A stretch of 64,000 nt of DNA from Vicinamibacteria bacterium (GTDB lineage Bacteria; Acidobacteriota; Vicinamibacteria; Marinacidobacterales; Marinacidobacteraceae). Every line of letters starts with the position of its first letter. The stretch's first letter is position 1. The stretch covers positions 928,001-992,000 of the forward strand of contig OZ219815.1 in assembly GCA_964291235.2 (NCBI GenBank), written 5' to 3'. Position numbers and translations under genes: made by a program. Shown in pieces: positions 28,561 to 41,238 of this stretch. Under the pieces are notes generated by a model. It was not told the origin of the DNA. It did not search any database and was given only the letters and a program-made list of their open reading frames with translations.

Positions 28561-30111
28561 CTACCGCCGCGCGCCGGCCGCCTTGCGCTCCAGGTAGTCG
28601 TCGAGCCCCCGAAGCGGCGGGATGTGGTGGGGCATCAGCGGGTAGTCGGTGTCCACGAAGGGGGCCGGGTCGGTAGGAAGAAGCCCGCTTAGCCGGGCCT
28701 TGTCGGCCGCGTAGCGGGGATCGGCGGCGATGTTGTTCCACTCCTCCGGGTCGGTTTCGGTGTCGTAGAACTCTTCGCTGCCGTCGATGTAACGGATGTA
28801 GTGGAACCGCTCGTCCCGGATCGAGTACTCGGAGAACTGGTAGGTGGTGATGACGGGTCGATTCCAGACCGCCTCCGGATCTTCGAGGAGTGGCGTCAGA
28901 CTCCTGCCGTCGAGGCCGGCCTTTTCGGGGAGACCGGCGAGTTCCACCAGCGTGGGATAGAGATCGAGCAGGGACACCGTCCTCCCGGAACGGGTTCCCG
29001 CCGGGGTTCCTCCCGGGAGGCCGGCGGCTCCCTCGGGTACGCGCAGCATCAGGACGACGCGCGTGAGGTTTTCCCAGAGCGCGAATTTCCTCCAGTGTTC
29101 CTTCTCTCCAAGCTGCCACCCGTGGTCTGACCAGAGGACAACGATGGTGTTTTCGGCGTGCGGGCTGGCGTCGAGCGCATCGAGGAGGCGGCCGACCATC
29201 GCGTCGGCGAAGGCGATGGAAGCCAGGTAGCCCTGCACGCCCTGGCGCCACTGCTCCGCGTCCCGGACGTGCTCGTGGTAGTTCCCGCCCCGGAGAGCGA
29301 TCTCGACCCCTCGCTCGGGAACGTCCTCGAGGTCGCCCTCCAGGAGTGCGGGAAGCTGAATCCCGTCGAGCGGGAACATCTCGAAGTACTCCCGGGGGAC
29401 GTACCAGGGAAGGTGGGGCCGGTAGATGCCGACCGCGAGAAAGAACGGCTGCTCGTGCTGCCGCCGCAGGTGCTCGATGGCCCAGGCGACCGATTGGTAG
29501 TCGCCCATTTCCTCATCGGGAACGTCAAGCGGCGCCCAGTCGAAAGCGGTGTACATGTCCGGAAAAACCGGCATGTTCACCGCCCCTTGGCCCTCGGGGC
29601 GCGGGGACGGCGGCATGTGCTCCTCCTGCGACGGGAAATAGTCGTCCCACGACTGGGGATCGGGCTGGTTGTTGTGGAAGATCTTGCCGGCGCCGCCCAC
29701 CCAGTACCCGTGGTTCCCGAAGTAGCGCGGGAGGGTCACCGCTTCGGGGAGGACGTCGCGCCACCACTGGTAATTCGAGTACATGCCCGAGGTATAGGTG
29801 TGCTTCCCGGTGAGGAGCGCAGTGCGCGCCGGGTTACAGGAGGGAGAGGGCGTGAAGGCGCGGGTGAAGAGCATGCCTTCTTCGGCCAAGCGGGAGAGGC
29901 GCGGGGTCCGCGCCTGGGGATGCCCGCCGAGAGGCTCGATCCAGTCGTTCAGATCATCCACCGCGATGAACAGGACGTTCGGCCGAGGGGCAGGGGCGTC
30001 GTCCCCGGGCTCATCGACGGTGCACCCGGTGAGGAGAGGAAGCAGGATGACCGCAGCAAGGAAGGATGGCCGCCGGATCGCGGCCGGGGCGCGTCGCCGC
30101 GGGAGCTTCAC
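28561..30111 (-). CDS. Formylglycine-dependent sulfatase (iduronate/choline sulfatase-like), probable lipoprotein
   Basis: [16 protein letters not shown] (CxPxR), GKIFH, RPHLPW, SDHG and lipobox LTGC. Confidence 0.92.
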   Translation of the reverse strand: MKLPRRRAPAAIRRPSFLAAVILLPLLTGCTVDEPGDDAPAPRPNVLFIAVDDLNDWIEPLGGHPQARTPRLSRLAEEGMLFTRAFTPSPSCNPARTALLTGKHTYTSGMYSNYQWWRDVLPEAVTLPRYFGNHGYWVGGAGKIFHNNQPDPQSWDDYFPSQEEHMPPSPRPEGQGAVNMPVFPDMYTAFDWAPLDVPDEEMGDYQSVAWAIEHLRRQHEQPFFLAVGIYRPHLPWYVPREYFEMFPLDGIQLPALLEGDLEDVPERGVEIALRGGNYHEHVRDAEQWRQGVQGYLASIAFADAMVGRLLDALDASPHAENTIVVLWSDHGWQLGEKEHWRKFALWENLTRVVLMLRVPEGAAGLPGGTPAGTRSGRTVSLLDLYPTLVELAGLPEKAGLDGRSLTPLLEDPEAVWNRPVITTYQFSEYSIRDERFHYIRYIDGSEEFYDTETDPEEWNNIAADPRYAADKARLSGLLPTDPAPFVDTDYPLMPHHIPPLRGLDDYLERKAAGARR

Positions 30112-32228
30112 GACCGCAGATAGTCGCAGGCGGCCTCGACGCTTGCCAACGGCAGCGAACAGACGCCTCCGCGGCACGGCAGGAAGGAGAGCTCCCCGTC
30201 GCCCCTGGATGCGGCTTCCTGGGCGGCGCGCACCGCGGGAAGGGCGCTCGGGCTCTCCTGCCGGGAATCCGCGAGGAGCACGACGGCTTCTTCCGAAGGC
30301 ACGCGCCACAGCCGACGGAGGGCCGCCCGGGTGTCTCGCGCGTCACCGCCTCCGACGACCACGATTTGCCGCGGCTCCGCCAGGAAGCGCGTCACGGCCG
30401 CGAGCATCGTGGGGAAGCCGACCGGGCTCTCGGCAGCCTGCGCAAAAAAAGCCGAAATGATGCCGCGCGCCGCTTCGCGCCGCCGCGCCTCGCCGGTAAG
30501 GGTCGCGAGGCGCAGCAGGGCGTCGGCCGCCGCCGCGTTGCCCGAGGGAAGGGCGCCGTCGTAACCGGAGCGCGTGCGAACCGGTAGCGGTTCGTGATCG
30601 TCCGCCGTCGTGTAAAAGCCGCCGCCCGGCGCTGCGAAGTGTTCATCCAGCAGGTCGGCCGTTTCTTCGGCGGCGCGGAGCCAGGTCTCGTCGCCGTCAC
30701 TCTCGAACAGGTCGAGAAGCGCCTGCAGCCAGAACGCATGGTCGTCAAGCATCGCGGGAACCTTCGCCTGTCCCCGATTCCAGACGGCGCGGTACCGTCC
30801 TCCGATCCGCAGGTGTTCGAGCAGGAAACGGCCGGCTCCTTGCGCTACGGAGAGAGCCTCGTCATCGCCGAGGGTGCGATGGGCGCGCGCGAATGCGGTG
30901 ACGGCGAGGGCGTTCCACGAGAGGAGCACCTTGTCATCGAGCCCCGGTCGCACCCGCTCGGCCCGGGCGGCGAGCAGCCGCGCTCTGGCCATCGCCAGCG
31001 CCGGGCCGATTTCAGAAAGCGGGGCGCCGAACTCCTGCGCCAGGGCGGCGTCGGCCGCTTTCCGGCGCAGGATGGTCCGGCCTTCCCAGTTCCCCTCGTA
31101 ACGAACGTCGTAGGCCGCCCGGAAGAGGGGCGCGTCCGATCCGAGCAGCGCGTCCACCTCCGTGGAGGTCCAGGTGTAGTAGCGCCCCTCCTCCCCCTCG
31201 GAATCGGCGTCGAGGGCCGAATAGAACGCTCCATCCGGGCTCAACATTTCGCCGCGCATCCACTCGAGGGTCCCTCGGGCGTCGTCCGCCAGGCGCGCGT
31301 CTCCCGTGATCCGGTGCGCCAGGAGGTACACCGGCACGAGCAGCGCGTTGTCGTACAGCATCTTCTCGAAATGGGGCGCCAGCCATTCCGCGTCGGTGGA
31401 ATAGCGGTGGAACCCTCCACCGAGCTGGTCGAAGAGCCCGCCGTCAGCCATCCTCCGCAGCGTGAACACCGACGCATCCAGTGCCTCCGAGCCCCCGTTC
31501 TCCAAGTGGTGGCGGAGCAACAGCGTCAGTTGACGGCTCGGCGGGAATTTGGGCGCCTGCCCGAATCCCCCGTGCACGCGGTCGTAAGAGTCGAGGAACT
31601 GCCTTACGGCGCGGCTGCCCAGCTCCGAGGTGATGAGCGTGCCCCGCGCCCCGAGGCGGCTGGGAAGCTCGGCCGCCTGGCGCAGGCGGTCGAGAAGGCG
31701 CGTTCCGCCCTGTAGGAGCTCCTTCCGCCGGGAGCGGTCCTGCCAGACGCCGGCAATGGCGGCGAGTAGGCGTGGGAAGCCGGGGCGTCCCCAGCGATCC
31801 TCCGGCGGGAAATACGTCCCGCCAAAGAAGGGCGTGTGGTCGGGCGCTACGAAGACCGTGAGCGGCCAGCCGCCGGCGCCGGTGGTTGCCTGGACGAAGG
31901 CCATGTAGATCTCGTCCACATCGGGTCGCTCTTCCCGGTCCACTTTCACCGGCACGAACGATTCGTTCATCACCCGGGCGATGCCGGCGTCCTCGAAGGA
32001 TTCGTGCGCCATCACGTGGCACCAGTGGCAACTCGAGTATCCGACGGACAGCAACACGGGGCAGTCGCGCCGGGCCGCCTCTTCGAAAGCGGCCGCACCC
32101 CACGGCTGCCAGTGGACGGGGTTGTCCCGGTGCTGCAGGAGGTAGGGACTCGTCTCCCGGGCGAGCTGATTCGCCGCCCCGGCCGCGGCTTCCGGCGCCG
32201 GCCGGTCGGGAGCGCGGTTGGAGGTCAG
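30108..32228 (-). CDS. Thioredoxin-domain YyaL/SSP411 (DUF255) family protein; start uncertain
   Basis: [54 protein letters not shown] and DDKVL.SWN. Confidence 0.92.
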   Translation of the reverse strand: MTSNRAPDRPAPEAAAGAANQLARETSPYLLQHRDNPVHWQPWGAAAFEEAARRDCPVLLSVGYSSCHWCHVMAHESFEDAGIARVMNESFVPVKVDREERPDVDEIYMAFVQATTGAGGWPLTVFVAPDHTPFFGGTYFPPEDRWGRPGFPRLLAAIAGVWQDRSRRKELLQGGTRLLDRLRQAAELPSRLGARGTLITSELGSRAVRQFLDSYDRVHGGFGQAPKFPPSRQLTLLLRHHLENGGSEALDASVFTLRRMADGGLFDQLGGGFHRYSTDAEWLAPHFEKMLYDNALLVPVYLLAHRITGDARLADDARGTLEWMRGEMLSPDGAFYSALDADSEGEEGRYYTWTSTEVDALLGSDAPLFRAAYDVRYEGNWEGRTILRRKAADAALAQEFGAPLSEIGPALAMARARLLAARAERVRPGLDDKVLLSWNALAVTAFARAHRTLGDDEALSVAQGAGRFLLEHLRIGGRYRAVWNRGQAKVPAMLDDHAFWLQALLDLFESDGDETWLRAAEETADLLDEHFAAPGGGFYTTADDHEPLPVRTRSGYDGALPSGNAAAADALLRLATLTGEARRREAARGIISAFFAQAAESPVGFPTMLAAVTRFLAEPRQIVVVGGGDARDTRAALRRLWRVPSEEAVVLLADSRQESPSALPAVRAAQEAASRGDGELSFLPCRGGVCSLPLASVEAACDYLRS

Positions 32229-33295
32229 AGGCCGGCGGAATCCGTCTCCGCCGCGTTGCCGCCGAGTCGTTCCCCACCCCAGCGGATCGCGGCGGTACCG
32301 ATGGTGAGCCCGGCGCCGACCGAACTGAACAGGATCAGGTCTCCCGGGGACAACAGGGACCGATCGAGCGCGTCGCGAAGCGCGGTGGGAATCGAAGCCG
32401 CCGTGGTGTTGCCGTACTTGTGGATGGTCTTGACCACCCGTTCCGGTGGGAGCTGGAGCCGCCGCGCGACGGCGTCGATGATCCGGGCGTTCGCCTGGTG
32501 GCACACCAGGAAGGAAACCTCCTCGCGGGAGATCCCCAGTTCCGTCAACAGCTGGTCGGCGGCATCGGCGGAGTTCCGCACGGCGAAGCGGAAGACCGCC
32601 TTTCCCTGTTGCTGCAGGAAGTGCTCCTTGCGATCCACGGTTTCGTGGGTGGGCGGGCGAGCACTGCCGCCCGCCGGCATCTTGAGGAGGTCGCACCCGG
32701 AGCCGTCCACCTGGTTGTTGAACCCGAGGATGCCCTCGCCGTCCTCGGCGGCTTCGAGCAGCACCGCCCCGCCGGCGTCCCCGAACAGGATGCACGTCGC
32801 GCGGTCCTCGTAGTTGGTGATCGAGCTCATGACGTCGGCTCCGATCACCAGCGCCCGCTCCACGGCCCCGCTGGCGACGAACTGGGTTCCCGCGGCGAGG
32901 GCGAAGTTGAAGCCGCTGCAGGCCGCTGACAGATCGAATCCCCAGGCGCGCCGGGCGCCGATGCGGTCCTGGACCAGGCAGGCGGTGGATGGAAAACTCA
33001 TGTCCGGCGTCACGGTTGCCACCACGATCAGGTCAATGTCCTCCGCGGTGATTCCCCGCCGGCGCAGTGCGTCCTGAGCGGCGCGCGAGGCGAGGTGGGA
33101 GCAGCCGGTGCCCTTCTCCACAATGCGGCGCTCCCGGATACCGGTGCGCTCCTGGATCCACTGGTCGGAAGTGTCCACCATCTTCTCGAGGTCGTCGTTC
33201 GACAGCACCCGGTCCGGCAGATAGGCCCCGACCGAGGTAATTGCCACCCGGCGGATGGCCCGGGAGCGTTCTTTGGAGTCGGGGAGTTGGATCAA
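32225..33295 (-). CDS. fabH: Beta-ketoacyl-ACP synthase III
   Basis: [33 protein letters not shown] and YGNTTAAS (Cys-His-Asn triad). Confidence 0.95.
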   Translation of the reverse strand: MIQLPDSKERSRAIRRVAITSVGAYLPDRVLSNDDLEKMVDTSDQWIQERTGIRERRIVEKGTGCSHLASRAAQDALRRRGITAEDIDLIVVATVTPDMSFPSTACLVQDRIGARRAWGFDLSAACSGFNFALAAGTQFVASGAVERALVIGADVMSSITNYEDRATCILFGDAGGAVLLEAAEDGEGILGFNNQVDGSGCDLLKMPAGGSARPPTHETVDRKEHFLQQQGKAVFRFAVRNSADAADQLLTELGISREEVSFLVCHQANARIIDAVARRLQLPPERVVKTIHKYGNTTAASIPTALRDALDRSLLSPGDLILFSSVGAGLTIGTAAIRWGGERLGGNAAETDSAGL

Positions 33296-33425
33296 GAAAT
33301 TCTCGCCCCCTTGGGCGAAACGGGCGTCCAGGGTCGGTGAAGGACCGTGGATGGTACGTCAGAACGCACCGCGCCGGCGGCCGGGACGACGGCCGCCGCG
33401 GGCGCGCGGCGATAATGTGAGCGCC

Positions 33426-34142
33426 ATGACACCCACCGAGCCGGGGAGCCGTCCGCCCAGCGCGGCGGCGTTCTATGACCTCGACGGCACCCTGATTCGC
33501 ACGAATCTCGTGCATGTCCTCGGTTACTACGCCCGCAATGATCAGGGCCTGCTCCGGAGCCTCAAGTCGAGCGCATCGACGCTCGTCGGCATTCCGCTTT
33601 TTCTGGCGACGGATTTCTATAGCCGCAAACTCTTCAACGATCTCTTCTTCAAGTGGTACCGCGGCCAGTCCTACGACCGGCTCCGCTCCCTCGCGGAGGA
33701 TCTCTACCGGGACGTGATCCGCCCCGGCATCTTTCCGGGAACCCGGGCGCTCATCGAGCAGTCGCGACGGAGCGGTCTCCGCCAGGTCGTGGTCACGGGT
33801 GCGCTGGAAGTGTCCGTCCGTCCGTTGCTCGACGACCTCGGCATCACGGAATTCGTTGCGAACCGGCTGGAATTCGCGGACGGCCGCGCTACCGGCCGGC
33901 TCGCGCCACCCGTCATGGCGAGCGCGAGCAAGGCTCTGTGGATCCGCGAATATGCGGAGCGCGAGGGCCTGTCGCTGAACGATAGTTATGCCTACGCCGA
34001 CAGCATGTCCGATCTGCCCATGTTGAGCGTGGTGGGACATCCGACGGCCGCCAACCCCGATGTCCGATTGAGGAGCACGGCGCGGCACCACGATTGGCCG
34101 GTCATCGATCTGAGCCGGCCCAACCTCACCCCCGCCCTGTGA
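33426..34142 (+). CDS. HAD-IB family phosphatase, ElbB-like
   Basis: AFYDLDGTL, VVTG, K motif and YADSMSDLPML; first gene of the elb-like cluster. Confidence 0.88.
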   Translation: MTPTEPGSRPPSAAAFYDLDGTLIRTNLVHVLGYYARNDQGLLRSLKSSASTLVGIPLFLATDFYSRKLFNDLFFKWYRGQSYDRLRSLAEDLYRDVIRPGIFPGTRALIEQSRRSGLRQVVVTGALEVSVRPLLDDLGITEFVANRLEFADGRATGRLAPPVMASASKALWIREYAEREGLSLNDSYAYADSMSDLPMLSVVGHPTAANPDVRLRSTARHHDWPVIDLSRPNLTPAL

Positions 34143-34187
34143 CTTCGTCCCCGGGCTGCTAAGCCCTCCAGGAAGGACTTCCATTCC

Positions 34188-35786
34188 ATGACCCCCGCCC
34201 TGCGCCACAAGACCGATCCGGGCATCGTCTTCATCGACAACGATTCGGCCGCCCGCGTCCTGCACTACGGCGAGGATTTTCTGGAAGAACATCTCCCGGT
34301 AGGCACCCGGGTGATCTATCCGCCGCCGCCGATCCGCGGCCTGCCGAATCCCCGCGGCGCGATACGGCACGCGCTGAATCATCCGCTCGGCTGCGATCCG
34401 CTCTACGCCCAGTTGCGTCCCGGAATGCGGGTCACGATCGCTCTCGACGACATCAGCCTCCCGCTGCCGCCGATGGCGACCCCCGATGTCCGCCAGACCG
34501 CCCTCGAGATCGTGCTTGAAATGCTCGGCGACCACGGGGTGGACGACGTTCATCTGATCATCGCGAACTCCCTGCATCGGAAGATGACCGAATCGGAAAT
34601 GCGCCGGATGGTGGGCCCGGACATCCACAAGGCGTTCCACCCGAATCGCTATTACAACCACGATGCCGAGGATCCGAACGGCATGGTCCCGCTCGGAAAG
34701 ACCAGGCACGGGGAGCCGGTGCGGGTCAATCGCCGGGTGACGGAGAGCGACCTCGTCATCTACCTGAACATCAACCTCGTTCCCATGGACGGGGGGCACA
34801 AGTCGGTGACGGTGGGACTTTGCGACTACGAGAGCCTGCGGCCGCATCACGAGCCGCAGACCATCCGCGATTCCGACGGTTACATGGATCCGGCCCGCTC
34901 CGCGCTCAGCCGCAAGGTGGACCGGATGGGGAAGATCGTGGACCGGCACCTGAACGTGTTTCACGTGGAAACGGTCCTCAACAACCGGATGTACTCGGAC
35001 GCCCTTTCCTTCCTGGGGAAGGACGAGGATGAGTTCAGCGATCTCGATCGGCTGAAGCTCGCGGGAACGCGCTGGTCGCTCAGCCGTCTGCCGCCGGCGG
35101 CGAAGCGGAAATTCCTCCACCGCATCCCGGGAGCCTTTGAACTCATCGGCTGCTATGCGGGCCGGACGGAACCGGTTCACGAGCGCACCCTCGAGCGTTC
35201 CTTCCAGCAGTACGCCGTCCCGGTGAAGGGGCAGTGCGACATCCTGCTTTCCGGGATTCCCTATATCTCGCCCTACAACGTGAACTCGATCCTGAACCCG
35301 CTGCTCGTGCAGGTGATGGGGCCCGGCTATCTCTTCAACCTCTATCGGGGCAAACCGTTGATCAAGAAGGGCGGCACGCTCATCCTCGCCCATCCCTGCC
35401 ACGACGAATTCGATCCTCTCTTCCATCCCAGTTACATCGAATTCTTCCACCGGTTGCTCCCGGAGACGCGGGATCCGTTCGTCCTGCGGACCAAGTACGA
35501 GGAGGAGTTCGCCCACAATCCGTCCTACGTCCAGATGTACCGGGACGGGAACGCGTACCACGGGGCCCACCCGTTCTTCATGTGGTACTGGGGCGAAAAC
35601 GGGCGTCAGCACGTCGGGCGGATCATCGTGGCCGGCGCGAAGAACCAGCACGTTCCCGAGATCCTCGGTTGGGAGTCGGCGGAGACGGTGACCGAAGCCA
35701 TCGCGATGGCGCGGAGCACCCACGGCCGCTCCGCGGAGATCTCGATGCTCCACGTCCCGCCGATCATGATCCCCGACGTGTCCTGA
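34188..35786 (+). CDS. Lactate-racemase N-terminal-domain (DUF2088) protein, ElbC-like
   Basis: [39 protein letters not shown] and GGHKS. Confidence 0.85.
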   Translation: MTPALRHKTDPGIVFIDNDSAARVLHYGEDFLEEHLPVGTRVIYPPPPIRGLPNPRGAIRHALNHPLGCDPLYAQLRPGMRVTIALDDISLPLPPMATPDVRQTALEIVLEMLGDHGVDDVHLIIANSLHRKMTESEMRRMVGPDIHKAFHPNRYYNHDAEDPNGMVPLGKTRHGEPVRVNRRVTESDLVIYLNINLVPMDGGHKSVTVGLCDYESLRPHHEPQTIRDSDGYMDPARSALSRKVDRMGKIVDRHLNVFHVETVLNNRMYSDALSFLGKDEDEFSDLDRLKLAGTRWSLSRLPPAAKRKFLHRIPGAFELIGCYAGRTEPVHERTLERSFQQYAVPVKGQCDILLSGIPYISPYNVNSILNPLLVQVMGPGYLFNLYRGKPLIKKGGTLILAHPCHDEFDPLFHPSYIEFFHRLLPETRDPFVLRTKYEEEFAHNPSYVQMYRDGNAYHGAHPFFMWYWGENGRQHVGRIIVAGAKNQHVPEILGWESAETVTEAIAMARSTHGRSAEISMLHVPPIMIPDVS

Positions 35787-35792
35787 CCCGTC

Positions 35793-38700
35793 GTGCCTTC
35801 CCAGAACCCGCGCCCCCGGATCCACGTGGGCGAGGCCTTCTCCGGCCGGAGCATCCTGTTTCTTGGCGGGACCGGTTTTCTGGGCAAGGTGTGCCTCGGG
35901 ATGCTCCTGGAGTTTTTTCCGGAGATTCGGCGCGTTTACCTCATGGTTCGCGCCGCGGGCGAGGCGGAAAGCCGGGTCCGGTTCCAGGACATCATGGACA
36001 ACTCCCCGGCGCTCTCGCCGCTCCGCGAGCGCCACGGGGCCGGCCTGTGGGATTTTCTGAACGAAAAGGTCGTCGTCCTCGGCGGAGACATCACGAGCGA
36101 CAACCTCGGCTACTCGGACGAACGAGCCGCCGAGATCGCGGCGGACATCGATCTCGTCCTCAACTGTTCGGGCCGGGTGACGTTCAACCCGTCCCTGGAG
36201 GCGGCCCTCCAGACCAACGTCCACGGGACGAGGAACACCATTGCCTTCGCCCGGCGAATGAAGCGGCCGGCCCTCGTCCACATCAGCACCTGCTTTGTCG
36301 CCGGAATGCGTTCCGGCGAGATTCGGGAGGACGAGCCGCTGATCGGCTACTTCCCGCGGCGCGACCGCGAGGACCAGGACTTCTCGGTGGAAAAGGAAAT
36401 CGAGGACTGCGAACGCCTTGCGGTGCGGGTTCGCGACGAGGCTGAGGACAAGTCGCGCGTGGATGCCTTCCAGGAAGCGGCCCGCCGCCGGTTCGCCGAG
36501 GAAGGGCGCGACCCGGACGATGCGCGGGCGCTCTCACTCGCTATCGCCCGGGAGCGGAAGGAATGGATCCGCCGCCGGCTCCGCGACCTCGGCATCGAAA
36601 AGGCCCAGGGTTGGGGCTGGCCGAACATCTATACCTACACGAAGAGCCTGGGCGACCAGCTCGTCGCCGGTGCGGAGGGGGTCGCCCGCGCGATCGTTCG
36701 CCCCGCGGTGGTGGAAAGCGCCCTTTCCTTCCCGCACACCGGATGGAACGAGGGCTTTACCACCAGCGCTCCGCTGGTGAGGATGGCCCTCCGCGGCCAG
36801 AACCTCTTCCCGGTTGGCCCCGGGGTGGTCCTGGACGTCGTGCCGGTGGACCTCGTTGCTTCGGCCACCCTTGCGGTCGCCGCCGAAACCATCGTCTCGG
36901 AACCCCGCCTCGTCTATCAGGTAGCCGGCGGCGACCGGAATCCGGCGCGGGTCGAGAGGCTCGTGGACCTGGTCGGGATCTACAAGCGCCGTCACTTCCG
37001 CGACAAACCCACCGGGGTAAAGCTCTGGAACGAGGCGCTGGCCCGGATGGAGGCGCAGGCGGTCCGGGCGGACCGCTTCGAAAAACACACCCTCGAATGG
37101 ATGCGCCGCTCCGCATCGGCGCTCTCCGGCGTCCTCGAGCGCACGAGCGGCGAGCCGATCGGTCCCCTGGTGGGGGTCGTCGAATCCCTTCAGCGGAACG
37201 TGGATTCCTTCGAGGACTTCGTCACCCAGGGCGAGCGGCAGTACCACACGTTCCGGCCGTTCATTGCCGGGGAAGAGTTCATCTTCCGCGCGGACAACAC
37301 CCGGGATCTCTTCTCCCGTCTCGACGGAAACGACGGAAAACTCTTTTTCAATCCCGAGGAAATCGACTGGTACGACTACTGGCTCCACGTACACCTGCCG
37401 GGGCTCGAGAAGTGGGTCTTTCCGGCGCTCGAAGATCAGGAGCGTGGCCAGCGACGGGCGCAGCGGCGCGTCTATACCTACCGGACGATCAACGAGCTGT
37501 TCGAGGCGTGCACGAAGAACCACGCGGGCCGGGTCGCCATGCGAATCACCCGCGGCGGCCGCGAGGAGCGGTACACCTACTCCGATCTCCGGGAGTGTGT
37601 CGTCCGGGGCGCAGCGTTTCTGGCCGCCCGGGGACTCGGGGCGGGCGATCACATCGGGCTGATCGGCGAGAACTCGCCGGAGTGGGGCATGGCGTATTTC
37701 GCCATCCAGCGGATCGGGGCGACCGCGATCCCTCTCGAGCGCGACCTGCGGCGGCAGGAGATCCACCGGCTGCTCCGCCTGGGAGACGCCAAGGCCGTCT
37801 TGATGGGCGACTCACTCTACGAGCGGCATTCCGGACTCTCCAGCGACAACGGCTCCGAGCCGCCGGTGGCGGCGCATCCGTTTCGGGAAGTCTTCGCGCT
37901 GAGGCCGGAAACCGCGGACGAAGCGGAGGCTCCGGGGCCGGTGCGGACCAGTCCGGCGGCGCTGGCCTCCATCCTCTTTACTTCCGGAACGACCGGTACG
38001 CCGAAGGGTGTGATGCTGACGCACCGGAACTTCACCTCGCTGGTCGCGAAGCTGCTTTCCATTTACGACATCGGCGAGAAGGACGGCGCGCTCAGCATCC
38101 TGCCGCTCCACCATTCGTTCGAATTCACCACCGGTTTCCTGCTTCCACTCTCGCGGGGTGCGCAGATCGCCTATCTGGACGAGGTCGGTCCGGAGACGAT
38201 CAATGCCGAACTGGCCAAGGGACACACCACCTGCATCGTGGGGGTTCCGGCGCTATGGGATCTGATGCGGCGGCGCATTCTGGCCCCCTTCGCGGAGCGG
38301 TCGCCGCGGGCGGAGGATCTCGCCACCGCCCTGATTGACGCCGCGCACCTGCTGAGGGAAGACACCGGGGTCAACATCGGCCCCGCGGTGTTCCTTCCCG
38401 TGCACACCGCGCTCGGGGGAAGGATCCGCTATCTCATCAGCGGCGCTGCGGCCCTTTCCGAGGCGACCTGGAAGGCTTTTCGGGGCCTCGGATTCCACAT
38501 CGCCCAGGGATACGGTCTTACGGAGGCCGCGCCCGTGTTGACGGTTACCCCGCCGGACGGCCCGGTCCCGCTCGGCAGCGTCGGCAAGGCGCTTCCCGGC
38601 GTCGAAATCCGCATCGTGGACCCGGATGCTTCGGGTGTCGGCGAGGTCGCCGCCAAGGGCCCGAACGTCATGGCCGGGTACTACGGGAACGAGGAAGCGA

Positions 38701-40218
38701 CCGCGGAAGCGCTTCGGGGCGGTTGGCTCTACACGGGCGACCTGGGACGGCTCGACGAGGCGGGACACCTCTTCCTGGTCGGTCGTCGCAAGGACGTCAT
38801 CGTGGACAGCGGCGGGAAGAACATCTACCCGGACGAAGTGGAGGAAATCTACGCGGCGCCCGAGTTGATCGGCGAACTTGCCGTCGTTGGACTTCCCGAC
38901 GGGATGGCCGAACAGGTGGCGGCGGTTGTCGTCCCCAAGGAGCAGACCGCGGAAGGGAGGCAGCGCGTCGAGAACCACTTCCGTTCCGTCTCGTCCCGGC
39001 TGCCACTGCACAAGCGCGTCAAGACGGTCGAATTCCGCGACGAAGCGCTTCCCCGAACCGCGACGCGCAAGGTGAAGCGCGCCGAGCTGGTGCGCTGGTT
39101 AGGCGACCGGCGGCGGGCAGCGGCCGCGGAAGCCGGAGAAGAGGCCGTTTCCGGGAATCGGATCCTTGAACTCGTGGCGTCCATCTGCGAGAGGCCGGTG
39201 TCCGAGATTCGGGCCTCGTCTTCCTTTGCGGAGCTTGGCTTCGACAGCCTGATGTACAACGAACTCGCGGCGGAACTCGAGAGCGAATTCGGGGAGTCGT
39301 CAACGCCCGAAGCGCTCGCCAACATGAACACCATCTCGGAGCTGGTGCTCGCCATCCGGACGCCCCGCGCGGGCGCCAGGACGCGCCGCGCCCGCCGTCC
39401 CGAATCCGCCAGGAAGCGCGAGAAGGACGAGATCGAGATTCCGCCCGCGGTGGCGCGCGCCGGACGGCACACGCTTACCGAAGTCCAGCGGTGGTTCTAC
39501 CACCAGGTTCTGGAGCCGACCTTCACGGGCCGTGCGCACATTCCGAATCACACGAACTATCTCGTCGTGGCGAATCACTCGTCGCACCTGGACATGGGGC
39601 TCGTAAAGATGGCTCTCGGCGAAGCGGGCTCGAACCTGGTGGCGCTCGCGGCTGCCGATTACTTCTTCGACAACCGCGTGAAGCGGACGTTCTTCGGCAA
39701 TTTCACGAATCTCGTCCCCATGGAGCGCCGCGGCTCCCTCCGCGAGTCATTGGACCGGGCCGCCGCATACCTCAATCAGGGGCTACAGCGTGCTCGTGTT
39801 CCCCGAAGGAACACGCTCGCGGAGCGGCCGGATTCAGCCGTTCCGCCGCGGTTTTGCGCATCTGGCGTTTCGCTGCCGGATCGGCGTCCTGCCGATCCAT
39901 CTCGACACCTGGAACGCGTTTCCGCCGGGCGCGGTCGGCCTCCGATCGCGGACGATAGCGGCACGCATCGGGCCCTTCCTTTCGCATGATTTTCTGGCTC
40001 GATTCGCCGGGGGAGGCGTTCGCACGGCGGTGGCGGAGCAGCGAGTGACCGCTTTCGTGCAAACGATCGTCGAGCGCCTGGGCCGGCAGGAACCCGTGCA
40101 GTTCGAGCAGGAAGCGGCGCGCATCCTCCAGGACGAGCCGGCGAAGGACACCGACCCTCCGCGCCCCGCCGCTCCGCCCGCGGCAGAACCGATGCCCGAC
40201 CCGACCCCGATCGGTTGA
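35793..40218 (+). CDS. ElbD-like multidomain enzyme: fatty-acyl reductase + acyl-CoA/AMP ligase + ACP + PlsC-type acyltransferase; apparent extra G at about 39780
   Basis: GGTGFLGK and YTYTKS (FAR); FTSGTTGTPKG, GYGLTE and TGDLG (adenylation); GFDSL (ACP Ser); NHSSHLD, with FPEGTRS in the shifted frame (acyltransferase). Confidence 0.9.
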
Positions 40219-40236
40219 TCCCGAGCGGTTAGCGCA

Positions 40237-41238
40237 GTGACGTCGCCTCCCGTGCCCCGGACGCTGGTCACCGGCGCGACCGGCTTCCTGGGCAGCCACC
40301 TGATGCCTCTGCTCCTCGAGGGAGGAGAGCCCATCCGGGTGCTGGCCCGGCAACCCGCACCGGATCTCTCGGCCAGGGGCGTCGAGGTGATGATTGGTGA
40401 CGTGGCTTCCGGGGCCGGGCTGGATGCGGCGCTCGACGGAGTCCGCCGGGTCTTCCATCTGGCTGGCCGGGTCTCACGGGATCCGGAAGCCGCCGCCAGT
40501 CTTTCGCGGGTGCACGTAGATGGCACCCGCACCCTGGCCCACGCTGCCCGCCGGGCGGGAGTGGAGCGGATCCTGCTCGTATCGACGAGCGGAACGATTG
40601 CGGTGTCCTGCGACCCCGAACCCGACTGTGACGAAACGGCGCCCGTTCCCATCGAACAGATCGGGCGCTGGCCGTACTACCGGAGCAAGTGGCTGCAAGA
40701 GCGGGCGCTCCTGGCGGATGCCGGGGAAATCGAGGTCGTGATCGTGAATCCCTCGCTGCTGCTCGGGCCGGGTGACGAACGGCTGTCCTCGACCGGAGAC
40801 GTGCTTCGGTTTCTTTCCGGCCAGGTCAGCGTGGTTCCGCCCGGCGGGTTGAACTTCGTGGACGTCCGGGATGCCGCCGCCGGGGTCGCGGCTGCCATGA
40901 CCAAGGGCCGCAGCGGCCAGCGGTACCTGCTGGGCGGTCACAACTGGAGCTTTGCGGATTTCTTTCTCCGGCTTGGAGAGGTGTCCGGATCCCCCGCGCC
41001 GCGCGTACGCCTCCCGCGCGGTCTCTATACCGCCGGCGCGCTGTTGACGGAGGAAGTAGCGCGGCAGATCGGACGCGAACCGGCGGTGGATCGCGTCAGC
41101 CGGGAGATGGCCGCCTGCTACTGGTACTTCAGTTCGGAGAAGGCGACCCGGGAATTGGGCCACGATCCCCGCGACGGGCGGGTCACCCTGCTGGAGACCG
41201 TGAACTGGCTTCAGGGGAAGGATCCGGGGCTCTCCTGA
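40237..41238 (+). CDS. NAD-dependent epimerase/dehydratase (extended SDR), ElbE-like
   Basis: LVTGATGFLG, FHLAG, YYRSK and VDVRDAA. Confidence 0.88.
   Translation: MTSPPVPRTLVTGATGFLGSHLMPLLLEGGEPIRVLARQPAPDLSARGVEVMIGDVASGAGLDAALDGVRRVFHLAGRVSRDPEAAASLSRVHVDGTRTLAHAARRAGVERILLVSTSGTIAVSCDPEPDCDETAPVPIEQIGRWPYYRSKWLQERALLADAGEIEVVIVNPSLLLGPGDERLSSTGDVLRFLSGQVSVVPPGGLNFVDVRDAAAGVAAAMTKGRSGQRYLLGGHNWSFADFFLRLGEVSGSPAPRVRLPRGLYTAGALLTEEVARQIGREPAVDRVSREMAACYWYFSSEKATRELGHDPRDGRVTLLETVNWLQGKDPGLS

Noticed and set aside
34957-34972. Second parS (TGTTTCACGTGGAAAC) inside the elbC-like gene
   Set aside because: The right arm is imperfect and the sequence is explained by coding (VFHVET); at best a weak site.
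33033-36281. 1082-aa minus-strand ORF and other long antisense ORFs (e.g. 387-2006, 1333-3192, 21595-22872)
   Set aside because: Shadow ORFs of high-GC genes on the opposite strand, with no recognisable motifs.
35793-40218. NRPS/PKS secondary-metabolite cluster
   Set aside because: No condensation or ketosynthase domains; the architecture matches a lipid (ElbD-type) enzyme.
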